Assembly (NCBI GenBank): GCA_019634895.1
Contig: JAHCAM010000008.1
Span: 4,785 to 68,784, forward strand
Source: Steroidobacteraceae bacterium
GTDB lineage: Bacteria; Pseudomonadota; Gammaproteobacteria; Steroidobacterales; Steroidobacteraceae
DNA length: 64,000 bases
Reading direction: 5' to 3'
Made by a program: the position numbers and the translations under genes. Shown piece by piece: positions 31,249 through 39,556 of this stretch. Position 1 is the first letter of the stretch. Each line of letters opens with the position of its first letter. The notes beneath the pieces were generated by a model, which worked only from the letters and a program-made list of their open reading frames with translations, had not been told where the DNA came from and searched no databases.

Positions 31249-32435
31249 TTTCCGTGAGCCCGAGATCCGAACCCGCCAGTGGCGGCGCCCCGCACCCGGC
31301 GCGACCGATCAAGGTCATGCTCGTCATCGACGGGCTCGGGATCGGCGGCGCCGAGATGGTGGTGCGCGACCTGGCCCGGCACCTGAATCGGGACTGGTTC
31401 GATGTGTGCGTCTGCTGCACCAAAGGATTGGGCGGACCGGTCGGCGAGGAGCTGCTGCGTTGCGGAATCGACGTATTCGTGTTGCCGGGAAGAAAGCAGG
31501 GGCGCGCAGACTACCTGACGCCGTGGAAGCTGAGGCGCACAGTCGCTGCACGGGGAATCGACATCGCGCATTCTCACGGCTCGGCTGCGTTGTTTGCCGT
31601 GGCTCCTTGCAGGCTGACCAGGCCGACCCTCAAGACGGTGCACACCTTTCATTTCGGAAACTACCCTTACGACATGCGCCGCACCCACCTGCTGGAGTTC
31701 CTGTGTTCCCGTGCCGTGGACCGGCTTGTTGCCGTGGGACACCAGCAACAGCGCGAGATTCAGGCTGCCTACCGGTTGCCAGACACTCGGATCGTGACGG
31801 TGTGGAACGGAATACGGGTCGCGACGCCTCGCGTCGACCCGTCGTTCCGGGCCGCTCTTGGCACCGGGAATCGTCTGCTGATCGGTACGATTGCGAAGCT
31901 GATCCAGCAGAAGGGACTCGATGCCCTGCTGATCGTTGCGAAGAGATGCCGCGATGCCGGTTACCCGTTTCAGTTCGCCATCGTTGGCGATGGGCCGCTC
32001 CGATCGGAGCTTGAGCAGCGTCGCCTGGAGCTGGGGCTGGGGGATACTGTCGTGATCACCGGCTGGATTCCAGATGCTGCGAGTAGGGTCCTGCCGGCAT
32101 TTGACGTCTTCTTTCAGTCATCCCGCTGGGAGGCGATGTCCATCGCCATTCTCGAGGCAATGGCACTTGGCAAACCGATCGTCGCGACACGAGTCGGCGA
32201 CAACCCGCGGGTACTGGAGCAAGGAACGAGTGGCACCCTGGTGGATTCCGGGGACATTGAAGCAATGGTCGCTGCGCTGGCCAGATTCATGGACCCTGAC
32301 ATGCGCGAGAGCTATGGACGCGCAGCGTTTGAGAGGTTCTCCGGGCACTTTACGGTTGAGCGCATGGTGCAAAGCTACGAGCGCATTTATCTTGAGTTGG
32401 CTGGACGCACGGAACCGATGCACCGGAGCCAATGA
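31245..32435 (+). CDS. Glycosyltransferase family 4
   Basis: GTG 31245 (GTGA overlap with the upstream stop); alternative ATG at 31317 (MLVIDGLGIGGAEM). C-terminal SSRWEAMSIAILEAMALGKPIVATRVGDNPRVLEQGTSGTLV. Confidence 0.8.
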   Translation: MISVSPRSEPASGGAPHPARPIKVMLVIDGLGIGGAEMVVRDLARHLNRDWFDVCVCCTKGLGGPVGEELLRCGIDVFVLPGRKQGRADYLTPWKLRRTVAARGIDIAHSHGSAALFAVAPCRLTRPTLKTVHTFHFGNYPYDMRRTHLLEFLCSRAVDRLVAVGHQQQREIQAAYRLPDTRIVTVWNGIRVATPRVDPSFRAALGTGNRLLIGTIAKLIQQKGLDALLIVAKRCRDAGYPFQFAIVGDGPLRSELEQRRLELGLGDTVVITGWIPDAASRVLPAFDVFFQSSRWEAMSIAILEAMALGKPIVATRVGDNPRVLEQGTSGTLVDSGDIEAMVAALARFMDPDMRESYGRAAFERFSGHFTVERMVQSYERIYLELAGRTEPMHRSQ

Positions 32436-33331
32436 TGCCCACCATCTGGTTTCGCATGTTGCGCCGGCTCCGCTACGAGTACCTGCGAAGATTTGAGAAT
32501 CCCGCAGTGCTCGAGACCAGGCAGGGCATATTCCGCGTTCCAATCGCCGTGCCGGACCCGATCAGCCGCGAACTGTTCCTGTTTGGCTCATTTGAACTTG
32601 AGCTGATGAATGAGGCCATGGAACTCGTGCGCAGGCTGTCTGGCCGTACCCGGGGCAAAGGCACTCTGATTGACATCGGTGCGAACAATGGCGTGACTTC
32701 AATTGGAATGCTCGTCACCGGCCAACTGGATTCCGCGATAGCCATCGAGCCCGAGCCTGTAAATTTCGGGCGGCTCCGTGACAACGTTACCTTGAACGGC
32801 CTCGACGCCTCGATCCTGCAGCTCAACTGCGCTCTATCGGACCGCAAGACGACTCTTGCGTTCGAACTGAGCGACACCAACTATGGTGATCACCGGGTCC
32901 GCGTTTCCGTTGACCCAGCCGGCGTCCGGGAAGACTTCAGGGAGTCGGAGCGCCCGGTGATTGATGTGCCTGCGGACACACTCGACGCTACTCTTGCAGG
33001 CCTACCAAGCCGCTGGACCAATGACATTGCCGTTATCTGGATCGACGTCCAAGGATATGAAGGGCTCGTCTTCTCGGGTGCAAGACGAACACTCGAGCGC
33101 GGGATTCCCGTCGTCTCAGAAGTCTGGCCATACGGGATCATGCGCGCCGGGATGACCCTCGATGCGTTCAGCGCCTTGGTCGGGGAGATCTGGCAGTCAT
33201 TCTGGGTGCGCAGGCGCGGGAGATTCGTCCGATACCCCGTCCTGGCATTTCGTGCTTTTCTTGACGAACTCGGATCGAATGGGGACTACGAAAACGTAGT
33301 TTTCACCTGTGATCGGGAGAAGGCAAACTAG
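32432..33331 (+). CDS. FkbM-family methyltransferase
   Basis: 299 aa, ATGA overlap with the upstream gene. SAM-binding LIDIGANNGVTSI, AIEPEPVNF, IWIDVQGYE. Confidence 0.75.
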   Translation: MMPTIWFRMLRRLRYEYLRRFENPAVLETRQGIFRVPIAVPDPISRELFLFGSFELELMNEAMELVRRLSGRTRGKGTLIDIGANNGVTSIGMLVTGQLDSAIAIEPEPVNFGRLRDNVTLNGLDASILQLNCALSDRKTTLAFELSDTNYGDHRVRVSVDPAGVREDFRESERPVIDVPADTLDATLAGLPSRWTNDIAVIWIDVQGYEGLVFSGARRTLERGIPVVSEVWPYGIMRAGMTLDAFSALVGEIWQSFWVRRRGRFVRYPVLAFRAFLDELGSNGDYENVVFTCDREKAN

Positions 33332-33344
33332 CCCGCTGCCATAA

Positions 33345-34018
33345 ATGCGCACAAATGTGATCTCATGGGACAGTGGTGGACTGGCGACCGACATCGACGT
33401 GCTCGCCGAAGCCCTGCGCCGCGCGGGTTGTGATGTCTGGTTCAAGGGTCGTCGCCATCGCGTTGCCAGAAGTGGTATCAATAGCTTGGTGACGACCGCC
33501 ATTCCCAATGCCTGGAGATTGCCGCGTTTGGCCGTACGCGGCGCTATTGCGGCGAGGCAGCAACACCGCTTCCACCACTGTAGAGAAGGCGAGTTCACAC
33601 CGAGTATGTTGCCGATAATCACCTTCGAAAACTGCAGTACCGGTGCAGACTCCACTTCATCCACTCTCTCTGGCCGAAGGCTACGACCAGCTGATCGCCG
33701 AAGCGCTAAGCTGCGGGCCGCGGTCGTGACTACGGAAACACCACCGACAAACGAGCGTGTCATCTCCGAGCGGGCTTCCTGATTCGCGTCGCGAAGTCAG
33801 GGCGTATGCGGTGTTCGGCGAGGTATATGGCAGATGTTACGGATCTCGAAGCAAAGTTGAGTGCGACTCTCATTCTTTGGCGGGAGACGCCTGTCTTGTT
33901 GGGCTTCAATGCCCAAGCATGGTTCGAGGCCCGCAAGCAAGGCCTCGAGCCAGAGGTTTGCGCGTTGCTACATGATGTGTCCAGGCTCGCCAAGGTGGCG
34001 GGACTTCCTAAAACATGA
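33345..34018 (+). pseudogene. Decayed paralogue of the 5948-6994 glycosyltransferase (frameshifts plus an internal deletion)
   Basis: Similarity to the 348-aa GT is split over three frames. Frame A: NVISWDSGGLATDIDVLAEALRRAGCDVWFKGRR vs VNIVSWDGGGLGTDIDVLSSALARADCEVRYKGRR. Frame B: EYVADNHLRKLQYRCRLH vs GYVCESDLRRLQNECEIH. Frame C: LSLAEGYDQLIAEALSCG vs LPSQAEAYGHVIGEAMSCG. Back in frame A: AAVVTTETPPTNERV. A further reading frame gives the tail (VTDLEAKL...NAQAWFEARKQG vs ISDLEHKL...NARAWFEAERTR). The span is 674 bp against 1047 bp for the intact gene. Confidence 0.8.
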
Positions 34019-35337
34019 GAACCACGCTTTTCGTCCTGATGGTACTGGTTGGCCTGCTGTTCGCAGGGTTCCTCTATCGGCAAGGTTATGTCGAGGGCGG
34101 ATTTGGTCCCGCTGCCCTACTCGGCGCCACAGTCCTTGCTGTAGTCGTCCTCATACTCGGACTGATGACCTGGTTGAGCGGTACGCGCTTTCGCCCAATC
34201 GTCGTCAACGCTCTTCTGGTACTCACGGCGACTACCTTCACCTACATCGTTGTTGACTTTGCGGCCGGCAGACTGCTTATCGTGCCACTCTCGCCGCCGC
34301 TAGTGCCGGATCCCTATCGGCACCATGCCTTGGTGCCCGATTCCTATGCGGAACTGCGGCAACGGGATTTTCACTACATCCAGCGCGTCAATCACTTCGG
34401 CTTACGGGGCCGCGAAACGACCGTGGGCAAGCCTCCCGGGACACGAAGGATACTGATGCTGGGTGATTCATTCACCATGGGTAAGGGCGTCGAGGATGAC
34501 CAGACATTCTCCGTGCTCGTGGAGCAGGAACTGCGGGCGAGGCTCGCGACTTGCAGTGGCGGCACCGTGGAAGTCCTCAACGCCGGAGTGGACAGCTATT
34601 CGCCGCTGCTCTCCTACATTCAATTCAGCCGCGACTTGGTTCGCTTTGCTCCGGATCTTGTGATTCTCAATCTGGACCACAGCGACCTCGTGCAGGAACA
34701 GGCCTACCGACGGCAGGCAGTTCGTGACAGCAGTGGCGAAATTGTCGCCGTACCGCAGGTCTGGCAGCAGTCCCTGTACGAGAGGGTTCTGAGTTGGGTC
34801 TCACGAAACCTGTACCTTACTCGCATCCTTCTGGTCCACGTCAATCGCGCGATGGACCATCGCGAACTGACGGTACGGCGTGTGGTCAACGAGTTCGGGC
34901 GCGAGCATTTTGCCCACACGCTGGAGGGAGACGTTGACCGATCTGCACAGTGGCAGGACATCTTTGACTCGATTGTCCGCATCAAGACACTGTCAGCATC
35001 GATCGACGCGGATTTCCTCCTTGCGACTTATCCGTGGGGACACCAGCTCGCGAATGCGGGCTGGGAGGCCGGACGGAAGGACCTGATGAAGGACGGCGAA
35101 CGGACCTCCAATGTCACCCAGCAGACCATTCGCACACATTCGACGGCCCTTGGCATCGACCTGCTTGAGACACTGCCGGATTTCAAAGCTTACAACAGCC
35201 GCGGACCACTCTATTTCGACTACGATCCGCATTGGACTCCCGCCGGACACCGGGTAATGGCGGACTCCCTCGCGAAGTTCGTCAGGGACCACTATATCTC
35301 GCGATGGTGCACATCGATCTCCGCCAAGGAGCCGTAG
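34015..35337 (+). CDS. Membrane-anchored SGNH/GDSL-like hydrolase or acyltransferase
   Basis: 440 aa with three N-terminal TM helices. ILMLGDSFTMGKG (block I), NAGVDSYSP, and FDYDPHWTPAGHRVMA (block V-like). Confidence 0.65.
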   Translation: MRTTLFVLMVLVGLLFAGFLYRQGYVEGGFGPAALLGATVLAVVVLILGLMTWLSGTRFRPIVVNALLVLTATTFTYIVVDFAAGRLLIVPLSPPLVPDPYRHHALVPDSYAELRQRDFHYIQRVNHFGLRGRETTVGKPPGTRRILMLGDSFTMGKGVEDDQTFSVLVEQELRARLATCSGGTVEVLNAGVDSYSPLLSYIQFSRDLVRFAPDLVILNLDHSDLVQEQAYRRQAVRDSSGEIVAVPQVWQQSLYERVLSWVSRNLYLTRILLVHVNRAMDHRELTVRRVVNEFGREHFAHTLEGDVDRSAQWQDIFDSIVRIKTLSASIDADFLLATYPWGHQLANAGWEAGRKDLMKDGERTSNVTQQTIRTHSTALGIDLLETLPDFKAYNSRGPLYFDYDPHWTPAGHRVMADSLAKFVRDHYISRWCTSISAKEP

Positions 35338-35341
35338 ATCA

Positions 35342-36031
35342 ATGTTAAGAAGTGTCATACGGCCCGTGTTTCGTCGCCTTCCACTGAACTGGCGACGCAA
35401 CCTACGCGCATTGCGCCTGGAGCATCTCGTTCGAACCGGAAGGTTTGACTCCGATGAACCGGAATTCGATCGACTTGCCAGCTGGCTTGGTCCCGGTGAC
35501 GTTGCATTGGATGTCGGAGCTAACTTCGGCTCCTACACAATGAAGATGTCCGAGATTGTGGGTGAGTCCGGGCGCGTGTTCGCGTTTGAACCTGTCCCTC
35601 AGACCTTTGTGATGCTGATTAGGTCACTCTCGGTACGCGGATGCAAGAACGTGACGGCAATTAACGCCGCCTGTTCAAATGAGAACGGCATTGTGGGGAT
35701 GACGGTTCCCGACGACTCGCTGACGGGCGAAGACCTGTATCAGGCCTCGATTTCCGGCGTACAACGCAGGTCGGTCAACGTTTTCCGGGCTCGTATTGAT
35801 GCACTTCCGCTACCCACGGAAAGGCTGCGACTCGTAAAAGTGGATGCCGAGGGTCATGACGCTGAAGTGATCGAAGGCATGATCGCAACGTTGCGGCGAG
35901 CCATGCCCGTGCTAATAACCGAGCATCCGAAGGATCATACCTGCGGCTCATTGCAGGCTATCGGCTACCGACTTGTCCGGCTCCCCGGATCGCCGAACGG
36001 AGTATTCCTGCCTCCGGGGATCGCCCAGTAG
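35342..36031 (+). CDS. FkbM-family methyltransferase (second copy)
   Basis: 229 aa. ALDVGANFGSYTM, VFAFEPVPQTF, LVKVDAEGHD. Confidence 0.75.
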   Translation: MLRSVIRPVFRRLPLNWRRNLRALRLEHLVRTGRFDSDEPEFDRLASWLGPGDVALDVGANFGSYTMKMSEIVGESGRVFAFEPVPQTFVMLIRSLSVRGCKNVTAINAACSNENGIVGMTVPDDSLTGEDLYQASISGVQRRSVNVFRARIDALPLPTERLRLVKVDAEGHDAEVIEGMIATLRRAMPVLITEHPKDHTCGSLQAIGYRLVRLPGSPNGVFLPPGIAQ

Positions 36032-36035
36032 TGTC

Positions 36036-37082
36036 CTAGCGCAACGCGTCTTCCGAAGTTGCAAGCCGCAGGTTGTCGATGTTGATCCACCGGTCCGGTC
36101 CCCCGGTGTCGCTTCCCCAAGTCGTAGGTATGCGCAATAACTTGGCGCCGCGACGATCCAACGGCGCTGTCCGATACGTGAATCCAGAGGTAACTCCACC
36201 CGTAAAGTCTGCGATGAGCCCAAGCGGCTGGCCCTGACTTCCTACCCAGATCCTATGAATTCCCTGGTCACCAGAGACATCGTAAAGGAACCGTACCGTG
36301 TACCAGCGGTTCGGCCGGATCCAGGGGTCACCGATGTTTGGCGACATCAAATGTCCGGCGCCAGCATTGACCTGATCGGAGATCAAGGCGCGCGGACCAT
36401 CCGCGCTGGCGTATGAAATATTCACGAAGGTGAACGCGCCGGGTTCAGGCCTTTGGATCATGGTCCCGCCCCGATATGCGCTCGTACTGATGGTCTGCAG
36501 CCAAGCAGCGTCCTGCACGGCGGTCGGGTAGCCGTCGCGCGATCCGAACAGGGGATAGATGAGCTTGTCCTGGACACTCGCAACATCCGACATTTCACCG
36601 CCCGCCCGACTAGTGCACAGATCAAACTGCACAAACACCCTGGCTGGGATGCTTCCGGCGGTGCCATTGCCTAGCTGGAGATAGAAGTCAGTTTGGCCTC
36701 CCAGAGAACCTGGCAACCCTTCCATGGTCAGCATCCGTCCGCTCGGTGCCGGCCCGCAACCTGGAGCGTCGGTTCGCGTGTACATATAGCCGTTGGCGCG
36801 TCTGCCGGGCTGGGTCTGCTCGTCTTTCAGCCCGCTCCAGCCTGCCGCCGAGAATTGCGCGAGCTTGGTTTCGGCGGAATCGAACTTGTTCACGACGTAG
36901 TTGAAATTGTCAGAGAACAGCAGCCCCGGCAGCGGGGTACCGGGCACGGTCGTGCCCCCATCAATGGTAAGGCCGGTCGGCGGATTTGGCTGGGTCTGCG
37001 CCATGGCCACCGATGTCGATGCGACGATCAGGAGGCAGGCTTTCGAAAGCATGCCCCAGGCGACTTGCGTACTATTGGTCAT
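36036..37082 (-). CDS. Secreted protein of unknown function (possible beta-sandwich glycan-binding / glycanase-like protein)
   Basis: Start at ATG 37082 with AAGGAG about 7 nt upstream. Signal peptide MTNSTQVAWGMLSKACLLIVASTSVAMAQ. It is Gly/Thr/Trp-rich and I recognise no motif. It forms a monocistronic unit. Confidence 0.5.
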   Translation of the reverse strand: MTNSTQVAWGMLSKACLLIVASTSVAMAQTQPNPPTGLTIDGGTTVPGTPLPGLLFSDNFNYVVNKFDSAETKLAQFSAAGWSGLKDEQTQPGRRANGYMYTRTDAPGCGPAPSGRMLTMEGLPGSLGGQTDFYLQLGNGTAGSIPARVFVQFDLCTSRAGGEMSDVASVQDKLIYPLFGSRDGYPTAVQDAAWLQTISTSAYRGGTMIQRPEPGAFTFVNISYASADGPRALISDQVNAGAGHLMSPNIGDPWIRPNRWYTVRFLYDVSGDQGIHRIWVGSQGQPLGLIADFTGGVTSGFTYRTAPLDRRGAKLLRIPTTWGSDTGGPDRWINIDNLRLATSEDALR

Positions 37083-37194
37083 CAGTCGTCTCCTTGCGCG
37101 CGCTGCGCCAGCCAACCACATGGTATCTCCCCGGCCAGCTGGTTTCGCATCCTACCTGTCTCAAATTTGCGTCGAATCAAGGCCGACCCTTGCC

Positions 37195-37210
37195 TGTGAC
37201 CGGCGTCACA
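37195..37210. promoter_or_regulatory. Perfect CRP/Clp-type palindrome TGTGA-N6-TCACA
   Basis: Sequence TGTGACCGGCGTCACA lies in the 265-bp divergent intergenic region. It is about 120 bp from start 37082 (-) and about 145 bp from start 37348 (+). Confidence 0.5.
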
Positions 37211-37347
37211 GTCCTTGAACCTCTCGAATCCACAGCGCGTATGCTTCACATATCTGCGGCGGCGGCGGCAGTCTAGGATAAACGACAGACGCCGCCTACC
37301 GTCGAAGAACCCCCTTGCGCCGAAGCTTCCCCCAGGCCCCCATAACC

Positions 37348-38538
37348 ATGTCGTTCATCGCGCCGGCCGGCACGCCCGTAACCATCCGAGACCTTGCCAG
37401 CGGCCTTGCAGCGCCGGGGAGCGGCGCGTCAGAGGCCCTTCGCGCGATCTCGGGACTGCCGCACGCATGGTCCATCAGCTCGGGCCGGGCTGCGATGACC
37501 ATCATTCTCGAGGCCATGCGGCAGGCATCCGGCGACTCCAAGCGCGACGAAGTGATCGTCCCTGCCTACACCTGCTACTCGGTGCCAGCATCGATCGAGC
37601 GGGCCGGGCTGCGGCCACGCCTCTGCGATGTCGTTCCGGCAACGCTCGGCACGAATCCCGAGGTGCTTCGCCGACAGGATTTCTCAAGGGTGCTCGCGGT
37701 CGTCAGTTCCAATCTGTACGGACTTCCGAATGATCTCGCCGGAATCGAGTCCGTGTGCAAGGAGCAAGGTGTACTGCTCCTGGACGACGCCGCCCAGGCA
37801 CTCGGTGCGCGCGTGGATAACCGTGCCGTCGGCTCCTTCGGCGAGGCCGGCCTATACAGCTTCGACAAGGGCAAAGTAATCTCCACCATCCAGGGCGGGG
37901 CAATCGTCTGCCGGCCTGGCCCCGTCGCCGAACGGCTGGAGTCCGCAATTGCGACCTTGCCTGCCTCCGGTCTTGTGGAACGCGTGGGCAATGCGCTCAA
38001 GCTGGGCATCTACTCGGTATTCCTGAGGCCTACCCTTTATCCCATGATTCGGGCATTGCCATTCACGGGCCTCGGTCACACGGTCTACAAGACCCGGTTT
38101 CCGATCGCGCGTCTGTCGAATTTCTCCACCGCCGTCGCGACACGCCTGATCGGGCGGCTCGACGAGCTGGCCTCGGCCCGACGCCGGAATGCGGCCGCGC
38201 TCACCGCCGCGCTCGAAGGCGAGCCCGGCATCGAGTTGATTCGCCCTCTGCCCGGCTCCGTCGCCGCCTGGGTCCGGTTCCCGCTGCTCGTGAGCGATCC
38301 GGACCGGCGCGCCCGGCTGATCGCCGCGTTCGAGCGCGCCGGTATCGGTGCCACGGCCTCCTACCCGCGCGCCCTGGCCGATGTCCCGGCGGTGCGATCG
38401 AGAATGGCGCCGGGCGACACGGATTACCCCGGAGCCCGTAGAATTGCGCAGTCTATCGTCACGTTGCCCACGCATGCGTACTGCCCGCCAGACCTTCCCG
38501 AACGCGTCCGCAAGGTGATCCGGGAATGCCGCAACTGA
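37348..38538 (+). CDS. DegT/DnrJ/EryC1/StrS-family PLP aminotransferase
   Basis: ATG 37348 chosen; an in-frame TTG at 37315 is the ORF-track start. VPAYTCYSVPASIERAGL, LLDDAAQALGA, and YSFDKGKVISTIQGGAI (the PLP-lysine region). Confidence 0.7.
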   Translation: MSFIAPAGTPVTIRDLASGLAAPGSGASEALRAISGLPHAWSISSGRAAMTIILEAMRQASGDSKRDEVIVPAYTCYSVPASIERAGLRPRLCDVVPATLGTNPEVLRRQDFSRVLAVVSSNLYGLPNDLAGIESVCKEQGVLLLDDAAQALGARVDNRAVGSFGEAGLYSFDKGKVISTIQGGAIVCRPGPVAERLESAIATLPASGLVERVGNALKLGIYSVFLRPTLYPMIRALPFTGLGHTVYKTRFPIARLSNFSTAVATRLIGRLDELASARRRNAAALTAALEGEPGIELIRPLPGSVAAWVRFPLLVSDPDRRARLIAAFERAGIGATASYPRALADVPAVRSRMAPGDTDYPGARRIAQSIVTLPTHAYCPPDLPERVRKVIRECRN

Positions 38539-39548
38539 AGCGCGCCATCCGGCGCGCACTGGCGTACGGCCTGTATTACACGGGGCTGCTGTGGCTGTAC
38601 GCGGCGATTCGCCTGCGTCGCAAGGCGGTCGTGTTGATGTACCACCGGGTGCTGCCTGCGGATGCCGATACCTGCTCGCACGCCGGTATCATCGTTACTC
38701 CAGAGACGTTCGACATGCACCTCGCCTTCCTGGCGAGGCACTTCCGGACGCTGACTCAGGCGCAGTTCAAGCAGGAACTCGATGCATCGGCATTCGGACC
38801 GCGCTCCTGCCTCGTGACCTTCGACGACGGCTGGCAGGACAACGTCCAGAACGCGCTTCCCCTGCTCATGAAGCACAAAGTCCCCGCCGTCTTCTTTGTA
38901 GCGACCGGCTACGTCGGGACGGCCGGCACCTTCTGGCAGGAAAGGCTCACGCGGCTGCTTTGTCTCGCCGCGGCGAACGCAAAGCATGCTTCCGGCCTGC
39001 TGCAGGAGGCCGGCCTGGGCGGCGTCGTGCAGCAGTCGCCGGCACGCGTCCGGCAGCTTGCCCGTGAGTTCGTGACTTCCCTCAAGTCTCGCGACCCTGC
39101 GGTCGCGCACCGGTTCATCGAGCGCCTCGAGCACGCCCTGCGCGACGTCGCCGCGGCATCCGACCTCGGGGCCGACCGATTCATGAGCTGGGACGAGTTG
39201 GAAGTCCTGCGCCGGAGCGGCCTGGCAGCGATCGGCTCGCATGCCCATTCCCATGCGCGGCTCACGACGCTGGGCTACAAGGGCGCCCGCGCCGAACTGG
39301 AGTTGTCCCGGCAGACGCTGGCCGGGTATGGGTTCGCCAACGTGAGCGCCTGCGCCTATCCGAATGGCGACGTGAACGATCCCGTGGAGGCGGCGGCGGT
39401 GGACGCCGGGTTCACGCTCGGCTTCAGCACCCGCAGCGGCTTCGTCCGCCACAGTTCCGAGGCGACGCATCTGCGCCGCATCAACATTCACGAGTCCGAT
39501 ACAAGATCAAGGCCTGAGCTTCTGTACCGGATGCTGAATCTACCCTGA
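38526..39548 (+). CDS. Polysaccharide deacetylase (NodB/CE4 family)
   Basis: 340 aa. LVTFDDGWQDNVQNALPLLMKHKVPAVFFVATG, GSHAHSHARL, AYPNG. Confidence 0.8.
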   Translation: MPQLKRAIRRALAYGLYYTGLLWLYAAIRLRRKAVVLMYHRVLPADADTCSHAGIIVTPETFDMHLAFLARHFRTLTQAQFKQELDASAFGPRSCLVTFDDGWQDNVQNALPLLMKHKVPAVFFVATGYVGTAGTFWQERLTRLLCLAAANAKHASGLLQEAGLGGVVQQSPARVRQLAREFVTSLKSRDPAVAHRFIERLEHALRDVAAASDLGADRFMSWDELEVLRRSGLAAIGSHAHSHARLTTLGYKGARAELELSRQTLAGYGFANVSACAYPNGDVNDPVEAAAVDAGFTLGFSTRSGFVRHSSEATHLRRINIHESDTRSRPELLYRMLNLP

Positions 39549-39556
39549 GGCCCGCT

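Noticed and set aside
33197-33763. A 188-aa minus-strand ORF across the pseudogene region, as a possible real gene.
   Set aside because: It has no family motifs. The plus strand carries clear, though frameshifted, similarity to the GT at 5948-6994, which explains the region better.
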